A stretch of DNA of 64,000 bases from Caecitellus pseudoparvulus. Its lineage: Eukaryota; Protista; Bigyra: Bicosoecida. Position numbers and translations under genes: made by a program. The notes below the pieces were generated by a model. The model was not told the DNA's origin. It saw only the letters and a list, made by a program, of their open reading frames with translations, and did no database searches. Numbering within the stretch: the stretch's first letter is position 1; the number at the start of each line of letters is the position of its first letter. This document shows, in pieces, positions 56,685 through 64,000 of this stretch. The stretch is taken from NCBI GenBank assembly GCA_965644315.1, contig CBFFRQ010000038.1, positions 186,001 through 250,000 of the forward strand, in the 5' to 3' direction.

Positions 56685-57756
56685 ATGGCAGCCAGATCGG
56701 AGGAGGAGCAGGCCCTACAGCGCAGGCGGCGCATTGCCACTCAGATTTTCAAGTGCACTGTCACGAGCGGGCACGGCTTCGTGCTGCAGTGGGGCTGGGT
56801 GAGTAGCACTCGACGGCAGTTCTGCGCGGATTTGGTGTCGTTGCGACCGCCCGTGCAATGTCCTGTGCGCGCCACTGTGCAGATTTGGAAGCAAGGCGAG
56901 GGCGGATTCACACATCGAGCGAATTGGAAGCGCCGTTTCTTTGTACTGTGCGTGAGCAGGAATGCCACTGCGGGTCCGGCACGCGGCGGCACGTCTGGCG
57001 CACGTCTCGCACCGCAGGTACAAAGTGCCACAGGGCTGTGTGCTGGTGTACTACGACGGGTGCACAGTGGACGCAGACAGGTGCCTGGGCTTCATTGACA
57101 TGCGCAAGTGCGAGGGGGTGAGGCGCAGTCGGAAGACGGTGAACAAGAAGGAGCGCACGGTGCTGGAGCTGATCACCAAGGGGCGCACATTCAACCTGGC
57201 GCCAGACACCGTGAACGAGTCCTTGACAGCCAACCCGTCACCTAGCCTGCAGTACATTCTGGGCTGGCCTGTGCCGGAGCCTTCCTTCGGCAAGGAGCTC
57301 ACTGTGGCGGATGAGGGGGGGGACGCAGGCGCGGAGGAGGCCGTTGCGGCCAAGTGGTTCGACACCCTTGCCGTGCTGCAGGAGGCAGAGGGCCGCTGCC
57401 AGCACTTCTTGGTGAAAGTCATGCCCGACAGCACAGAGACGCTGCCGCCCAGCATCGTCTTGCGGGTGGCTGCGACGGAGCTCGCGCTGCTGGACGTCGG
57501 CGACCGCGACCTGGCGCACACCTGCTGGTCGTACAAAGACATCATCAGCCACTCCAACCCCAGCCAGCGCCAGCTGCACTTCACTGTGCGTGTCCCTGGC
57601 GCCATGGTGCGGGCTGTTCTAGAGACAGACAAAGCAGCAGACATCAAGGCTGCCATTGACTCCAACATTGGCGCGCTGCTGGGCCCCCGGCACTCCAAGG
57701 CGGACGCTGCATCGAAGGCGGCCGCAGCTGCCAGCGGCGGCGCCGCCGCATCTTGA
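56685..57756 (+). CDS. PH-domain protein with a second PH/PTB-like fold; 3 exons
   Basis: Spliced GW-IWKQGEGG..NWKRRFFVL-YK..LVYY..LGFIDM..WFDTL (PH). C-terminal FLVKV..LRV..LALL..CWSYKDI..LETDKAADIKAAI. Confidence 0.75.
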
Positions 57757-57765
57757 CGCAAACTG

Positions 57766-59002
57766 CTACGACTCATCATACTCGTCGTAAGAAGGGAAGT
57801 CCAGGGCACCGCCCAGCCTCGGCTTGCGCACCTGCACGCTGGCGCCGGTAGCCCACGTCCCCTCCTCGGCGTGGTGGCCAGCCCCGCCTGGCGCCCCCCA
57901 CGGAACGTCAGCGTAGCTCCCACCACCACCTCCAGCCGCTGCCGCTGCTGCTGGGGGTGCCGCTGGCTGGGTGCTGGCGCCACTGCCCTGCACACAGGGC
58001 GGCCGAGCCTCAGGCCCCAGGTGCAGGGAGGTGGGCGCCAGGCGAGGCATGGTGAGGCCGCGGGCAGGGCGCAGGGCTGATGAGAAGAAGGGGAACTGCA
58101 GGGCCATGGCGGCTGAAGGGCGCTGGGTGGGGTTGTACGCCAGCATGCTGCCCAAGAGGGCGAGGGCCTCCTCCGACGCGCCAGGCACGACTTGGTGCAG
58201 GGGCGTGGCGGCGAAGGAGGGGAAGGTGAAGCGCATGCGCGCCGCCAGACGCAGCCCTTGCGGCCACGTCGTCTCGTCGGGCGTGCCCAGCAGCGCCACC
58301 ATCTTGAAGATCTGGTCGGCCTCTGACGCGCCAGGCAGCAAGGGCTTCAGCGTGAACAGCTCCGCCATCATCACGCCCATAGCAAAGATGTCCACGGGGG
58401 AATTGTACGCTGTGCTGCGCAGCAGCACTTCTGGCGCCCGGTACCAGCGCGTGGAGACATAGTCGGTGAAGGGCGGGCGTGCCCGGACCTCCCGCGCCAA
58501 TCCAAAGTCTGCCAGCTTCACCGTGTCACCTCGCACCAAAATGTTCTCGGGCTTGATGTCGCGGTGGAAGTAGCCTTGGCGGTGCATGGCAGCCAGGCCC
58601 TGCAGCGCCTGGAACATGATGTTGCGCACACTGCCTTCACTGAAGCCACGGCTGCGCCCCCGCATGCTCTCGTACAGGCTGCCGCCCATGAACTCGAAGA
58701 CAAAGTACAGCTTGTCGGCTTCCCGGATGACTTCTTTCAGCTTCACGATGTTGGGGTGGTTCAGCTTCCTGAGGCTTTTGACCTCCCGCAACTGCATGCA
58801 CTCATCCCACGAATAGAATGCCTTCTTCATGGACTTGATCGCGACAACTTCACCTGCGCAGGCAGGAGGTGCCACGGCGTTTCAGCAGAGTTTCAAATAG
58901 CATGCACCTGCGCTTCGCCGCACCGCTGGAGAGATGCACTGCTTGAAAAACTGTTCCATATGTTCCATCCCCAAGTTCCTTCACTATTCGATACCGGTTC
59001 AT
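57766..59002 (-). CDS. MAK: MAK/ICK(CILK1)-family CMGC kinase; 2 exons
   Basis: MNRYRIVKELGDGTYGTV spliced to EVVAIKSMKKAFYSWDECMQLREVKSLRKLNHPNIVKLKEVIRE; HRDIKPEN; PPFTDYVSTRWYRAPE (TDY activation motif). Confidence 0.9.
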
Positions 59003-59345
59003 GGCTCACCAAATCCTTCTTGGCTGCGTACGCAGGGGACGCACAGCCACGGCTTGGCTGGCGCACCCACTTTTTCCTCGCAGTGCACTGTGGTTCTGGT
59101 CCAGAACATCGAACCAGGAGGAGGCCACAGTGTCTAAGTCTTTCACGAAGCGATGTAATATTATTTTTGTCAGCGGCCTGCAATACTCGTAAGTGAGCAG
59201 CTGGTGGTGGCTGAGGTGGCCAGCACCTGTGCGCGGAGCCGTGAACGGCAAAAACAAACACTCGATTTAACATAGATGTACAAGACAGGTCACCACCACT
59301 CTCTTACCGGCACACGAGCTCCCGCATCTCCTCCGTGCACCAACC

Positions 59346-60012
59346 ATGCAGCATGTCGTGTTGCTCAAAGTGTGAGCACAAATTCCGCAGGCTCGCCGAA
59401 GTCTCACCAGGCACACCAGGCACATGATGGCAGCGAATATAGCTGCCACAGTAGAGCACCTCTGACCATTTCTTGACGCAGGAAGGAGGACGCCCCCCTG
59501 GAAGCCCAGAAGGCGATGGTGGAGGCCATCGTGGCGCTGAAGAACGTGGTGCCCGGCATTGTCTCCATCGAAGTCGGGGAGACCTTCACACATGAGCGCA
59601 GTAGGGGCTTCACACACCTCTTGTCCGTGCGCCTGGATTCCAGGCAGCGCCTTGCAGAGTACGCAGCGCACCCAGGTGAGTGGCCCTCACGGAGCTGCCG
59701 CAAAGGCAGCCCATACTGCGCACCTGCCGCACTGCGCGCAGAGCACTTGCGCGTGTTGGAGGAGCACATCAAGCCGATTGTGGACGATGTGTGTGCTTTG
59801 GACGCAGAGTGTCCGAGGTGCGTGGGCCCTGCTCGCCCTGCTAGTTTGCTCTGCAAAGGTGCACCGTGCGACACTCGCCTCGCACTCCCAGGCACGAAGT
59901 CTCCTGGTGGGCGGCACCGCTCGCAACTCTGACGGCTGTGGCTGTGGCCTTGTCTGTGGGCTTTGCCCTGGGCCACCAGAGTGCGGCGCGCAGCAGCCAG
60001 CCTCGGGCCTAA
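59346..60012 (+). CDS. Dabb (stress-responsive A/B barrel) protein with a C-terminal TM anchor; 4 exons
   Basis: MQHVVLLK / L..VPGIVSIEVG..RSRGFTHLL...YAAHP / EHLRVLEEHIKPIVDDVCALD / last exon WWAAPLATLTAVAVALSVGFALG, stop TAA 60010-60012. Confidence 0.8.
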
Positions 60013-60296
60013 AGCGCCACGGGGGACCCACCCCCCATCGCGCGGTCAGGAGTCAAGCTGGGAAGCTGCACGTACCACACCCACACACAATTCACGCGCT
60101 GTGTCCCGCGTTCAAGGCGCGATTGTCGAGCGTGGTTGAACAAGGGAAGAATTGTTAACCTTTGGCGTGATTCAGTATCGTAAGCTGCTTGAGTGGCCGC
60201 CTCTGAGCCTTTTGTGTCGCTGCTTGAGGCAGTCGCTGCTGGCCACGAAGGCGACAGCCGGCCACGATCTGCGGCGTTTCCACACCCCTGTAGGCC

Positions 60297-63200
60297 ATGG
60301 ACACCGAGAAGCTCCATGTCCTGGAGGAACATGGCATCATGGCAACTGTGCTGAGCGACACCACAGTCGAAGTGTACGCGGTGCACCGCGAGCCAGACGT
60401 CGCAGAGGACGAGGTGCGTCTTGCGCGGAAATTGAACCAGCCCATGTTGAGGCTGTGTGCGAGAGACTCTGTGCCAGGGCGCAAGGGTCCATCATGGGTG
60501 CTCACCCTTGATTTCCACTTGTCATTCCGCGCTTGTCCTGGTTTGCAGTTCGATGGCGGTCTCGTACAAGTCTCGCGGCCGTCCGAGAAGGACCTGGCCA
60601 TGGCTCCGCTGGCTCCGCCTTTGGAGCGGTATCATGGCTGCCCAGCCCGCGTCTCAGCCGTGATGCTGTCTGATTGGGAGCTGTATGCAGTGTGCCAAGG
60701 GAGCATCGCGAAGTGGAACGTCAAGAACGCCGCCCTCATCTGGCTCAAGCCGCTGGCAGGAAGGCCTGGCGAGATGCTGGACATTTCGCACCTGGTGCCT
60801 GGGCGGCTGCTCGTGAAGCACCGCTCTTCCATCGGCTGCTACTCCACACGGTCGGGGCGGAAAGTGTGGGAAACAGAGCCCGTGCAGGCTGCTGGCTCAT
60901 GGGATGAGTTTCGCTACGAGGAGGAGGATGACGAAGAGATTGTGGATGACACAGTGTGTGGGCAGCACGCCAACTTGCAGCAGTGGTGCCTGGACACCTG
61001 CCACAAGCGCCTGTGGGCCACGTACAACAACGGCTGCCTGGCAGTGGACCTGCGCACTGGCAAGTTCCTCAGCCCGACATTCCCCAAAGCCCCGCCCCTC
61101 GCACAGCGCCGAGCCACCTACAAGGCTCACTTGACAGCCGCAGTGAAGCCTGGCCCCCCCTCGGCAGAGATGGAGTGGTGCATGCCTCCCTCCTGGACGA
61201 GCGACAGTGGCAAGCCTATGCCGACCCTTTGGGTGCCGCGCTTCGACGAAGTGCAACGCATGTACAGCGTGGGGGATGCGTGGGGCGGCCGGCTGCCCCA
61301 GGGCCTCCCAGCCCTCGTGGCGTGGGGGGAATCTGGGGGCGTGTATGCCTGGGACGCCAAGGGCGCCACGATGTGGCAGTTCTACATGGCGCGCAAGGGT
61401 GCCAGCATGCCCGAGAGTGCGGGTGCGGGGGACATGGACGAAGAAATGGACCCCCTCCTGGCCGTGGCGTTCGACGTGGAGCACAAGCTGCTCATCTGTG
61501 CAGATATGGGGGAGCGCGTGTTCGCGCTGGACCTCGAAAGTGGCCAGTGCAAATGGAGCTGGGACGCCAAACCAACAACGGGGAGCGCCTCCCCGCTGCA
61601 TTTGGTGCTTGACCGGCACAGGGGACTTGTGTATTTCCTTGCCGACTCGGGCCACCTGGTGGTGCTGAAGCCGCTAACGGGCGCGGTCGTTGCGAACTTG
61701 GAGGGGTCCATGTTCAATGCCTACTTGCAGAGTGCGCACGTTGTTGTGCACCCGCCTGGAAAGCAGTTGGCTCTGCCAAGCCAGGCTGCGCTGCCTTCCG
61801 GTGACTCAACAGAAGATGGCCCCGCCTGGAGCTCAGAGGCGCCCCAGAACGCACACCACCTTGCCACGGTCATTGCGGGGAACCATTTTGAGTCCTCGGT
61901 GGTTGCGATTGAAGTGCTGGCTTCCACTGATGCCCCCAAGCCGAAGCAAGCTGGCACTGGTGGTGCTGCGGCCGGAGAAACGGCAGTGCAGATCTCCAAC
62001 CCTATTGGCAGTTCTGGGAGCACTACCCGCCGCGATGGCGCCGTGTGGGCGGTGCCTGTGTGGCGGGGCAAAGGCCGAAATGCGGAGTACGGCTCTGAAG
62101 CTGTGTGTGCCGTGCATGACCCAGGGTTCCTAGTCGTGGGCAAGGAGAAGGGTGACATGGAAGCTTGGAACATCACCGCAGGGGGGAACCCACAGCGGTG
62201 GGCAGTCACTGCGGGAGACTACATTTGGCATGCGGCTCCATGGCACCGAGGTGAATCCAGCGCGGCTGACAAGGAGCGCCGCAAGAGCATGGTGGCGGCG
62301 ATGCAGACGTCCAAGGAGAAGGGCAAGTCCAAGAACCTGGAGCTGGACGAAGTGAACGTCGATCATGCCATCCTTGCGCCCGGCGGCATCATGGTCACAG
62401 CCAGCCCTGATGGCCAGCTGAGAGGGTGGGAGCGAGCCACTGGCCAGCTGCAGTGGGTGGCCAAGCTGGACACAAGGGCCAAGTATGCAGAGGAGGTGGA
62501 GCACATGGCCATCCTGGGAGAGGGCCGTGCAGCGCGCCTTCTATGCCTCGTGAACATGAACGAAGTTCTCACGCTGTCTGCTCTGCTGCCAAGCACGGGG
62601 GAGGTGCTCTGGCGCCGTGCACTTGTGCCCAAGGTCAAGTACGAGTTGAGCGTCCTGGGGCTGGCTGTGTGCCCGAGTCGAGGCCTCGCCATCGCCCTGG
62701 CCAAGCCGTACATGCCTGATCCTGAGGATGACGACTGTGCTGCCTATCGCTTGCCGCCTGCCGCGAAAGCAGAGGCCAAGTTGGACTATGACAACCCCCC
62801 CCTTGTCATGACAGCTGTGGCGGTTGCAGAGGGCGCAGGTGGGGCTGCCGCAGGGGGCGCAGGCCCTCCAATCGTCTGGCACAGGGTCCTGCGCAGGCAT
62901 GCCATGGACGAACGCAAGTTCCATGTTGTGGACAGCATGGGCAGGCTGATTGTCTGCGGCGACACACGCATCACCTGTATTCAAGTTGAGACTGGCGCAA
63001 AGGTGTGGTCCACTCCTCTGCCCACCGAAGGGAGCCTGTCCAAGTTTCAAGTTTCGCCCGATGCAGGGCGTATTTTGCTCATGGGGTGGGCGCCGAGTGG
63101 CAGAGGCATGCGTCTGTTGAGCATGGACATCGGTTCGGGCTCAGTGAAAGCGCGCCGCGAGCTGCCGACTGGCGCCAAATTTGAGATGGCTGCATCAGGC

Positions 63201-64000
63201 GCACTGGTCGCCGTTTCTGACCCCCGCACAGGCGTGTCGTTGTTCTCCGCTTCAGACTTGGCCCTCCGCACACAGCACCCATTCGCCTTCACGGGGGTTC
63301 CCAGTCGCCTCGTCTTTATGGAGACGCCGACGGCAGGGGGTTGCTGTGGTTGCTGCAGGCCAGGGAACGCGGGCCTGGCTGGCTCTGCATCCAGTGTCAC
63401 TGCCCCCAGCCACCTTGTCGTTCTGGGCACAGGCGGCGAGGTGATGCCTGTGTACTTGCAAGAGTTCCTTGGCCCGCTCCGCATCAGCTCCCAAACGGAA
63501 TGGGGCGAAGCACAGGAAGCCAAAGGCATCAAGCGCTTCGCTGCCATCCATGGCCCAAGAGTGGCTGCGTACTTGAGCGCCATTGGCATGCTCGTGAACT
63601 TTGTGCAGATGATTGGCTTTGCGTTCCAGTCGGCAGTCCCAACTGAAATGGAAGACAGTGCCGAGACCATTGACTCAGTGCAAGCCGTCGGCGTGGACTT
63701 CTTCGACTTCCTAGCCTTGTTCTTCTCCGTCATTGCCTTGGTCGCGGTGTTCCTCCTGATGCTCATGTGCTCGGAACGCGTGGAAGCGTGGTTCTTCCTG
63801 AACTCCGGCAAACCCCTGCCGCTGCTTACATGGAAAGCCATGTCAACGCTTGCGAGCCTCATGACGGGCACGCTGCTCATTCCAGTCATGCGTACCCTTG
63901 CTGCTGCAGTAGACTGTACGGATGTTGGAGGGAAGTTGGTGTGGGATGCGCACGGCAATGGCTCTGTGGAGTGCTTCGTTGGCAGCCACCTGGTGTACGT
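60297..64000 (+). CDS. Large PQQ/WD-like beta-propeller protein followed by a multipass membrane region; 3'-truncated by the window
   Basis: My translation of the frame from ATG 60297 has no stop up to the window end, so it is absent from the ORF track. Repeats of type ALDxxTGxxxW (YSTRSGRKVW, FALDLESGQCKW, WERATGQLQW, LLPSTGEVLW, IQVETGAKVW); TMs from ~63560. Possible in-frame intron 60414-60548. Confidence 0.8.
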   Translation, partial: MDTEKLHVLEEHGIMATVLSDTTVEVYAVHREPDVAEDEVRLARKLNQPMLRLCARDSVPGRKGPSWVLTLDFHLSFRACPGLQFDGGLVQVSRPSEKDLAMAPLAPPLERYHGCPARVSAVMLSDWELYAVCQGSIAKWNVKNAALIWLKPLAGRPGEMLDISHLVPGRLLVKHRSSIGCYSTRSGRKVWETEPVQAAGSWDEFRYEEEDDEEIVDDTVCGQHANLQQWCLDTCHKRLWATYNNGCLAVDLRTGKFLSPTFPKAPPLAQRRATYKAHLTAAVKPGPPSAEMEWCMPPSWTSDSGKPMPTLWVPRFDEVQRMYSVGDAWGGRLPQGLPALVAWGESGGVYAWDAKGATMWQFYMARKGASMPESAGAGDMDEEMDPLLAVAFDVEHKLLICADMGERVFALDLESGQCKWSWDAKPTTGSASPLHLVLDRHRGLVYFLADSGHLVVLKPLTGAVVANLEGSMFNAYLQSAHVVVHPPGKQLALPSQAALPSGDSTEDGPAWSSEAPQNAHHLATVIAGNHFESSVVAIEVLASTDAPKPKQAGTGGAAAGETAVQISNPIGSSGSTTRRDGAVWAVPVWRGKGRNAEYGSEAVCAVHDPGFLVVGKEKGDMEAWNITAGGNPQRWAVTAGDYIWHAAPWHRGESSAADKERRKSMVAAMQTSKEKGKSKNLELDEVNVDHAILAPGGIMVTASPDGQLRGWERATGQLQWVAKLDTRAKYAEEVEHMAILGEGRAARLLCLVNMNEVLTLSALLPSTGEVLWRRALVPKVKYELSVLGLAVCPSRGLAIALAKPYMPDPEDDDCAAYRLPPAAKAEAKLDYDNPPLVMTAVAVAEGAGGAAAGGAGPPIVWHRVLRRHAMDERKFHVVDSMGRLIVCGDTRITCIQVETGAKVWSTPLPTEGSLSKFQVSPDAGRILLMGWAPSGRGMRLLSMDIGSGSVKARRELPTGAKFEMAASGALVAVSDPRTGVSLFSASDLALRTQHPFAFTGVPSRLVFMETPTAGGCCGCCRPGNAGLAGSASSVTAPSHLVVLGTGGEVMPVYLQEFLGPLRISSQTEWGEAQEAKGIKRFAAIHGPRVAAYLSAIGMLVNFVQMIGFAFQSAVPTEMEDSAETIDSVQAVGVDFFDFLALFFSVIALVAVFLLMLMCSERVEAWFFLNSGKPLPLLTWKAMSTLASLMTGTLLIPVMRTLAAAVDCTDVGGKLVWDAHGNGSVECFVGSHLVY

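Overview
Gene-dense, GC-rich eukaryotic nuclear DNA with short (~65-135 bp) GT-AG introns and very short intergenic spacers. A flagellated protist, possibly a stramenopile, is my inference; the sequence does not prove it. The window holds about 25 protein genes and two tRNA-Leu genes. Most genes are housekeeping: DIPP-type Nudix, Twinkle, Vps39-like, EEF1AKMT4-like, EHD-like NTPase, SYF1, ATG13-like, ribophorin I, DNAJC2, PX-AGC kinase, RPAIN, INPP5E-like, a CNBD channel, GDP-fucose synthase and a MAK/ICK kinase. Two less GC-rich islands interrupt the synteny. The first (~7.1-19.7 kb) is the best candidate for an undescribed system. It carries an intronless ~2,500-aa multipass surface receptor with ~58 near-identical LRRs whose concave-face residues are recombined combinatorially (VLR-like). 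Next to it lies a divergently transcribed, intronless 38-aa ankyrin array that varies mainly at binding-surface positions (natural-DARPin-like). The second island (~45.9-48.5 kb) looks like a decayed gene or mobile-element relic. Other notable points: an AATGCA motif just downstream of 11 stop codons, palindromic between two convergent pairs; a multipass EF-hand protein with two putative D5/RFX-type winged helices; a CNBD channel lacking the GYG filter; a DOK/IRS-like PH-PTB adaptor; and a >1,200-codon propeller+multipass gene running off the window end that is missing from the ORF track. All domain calls are by eye from motifs; no searches were run.
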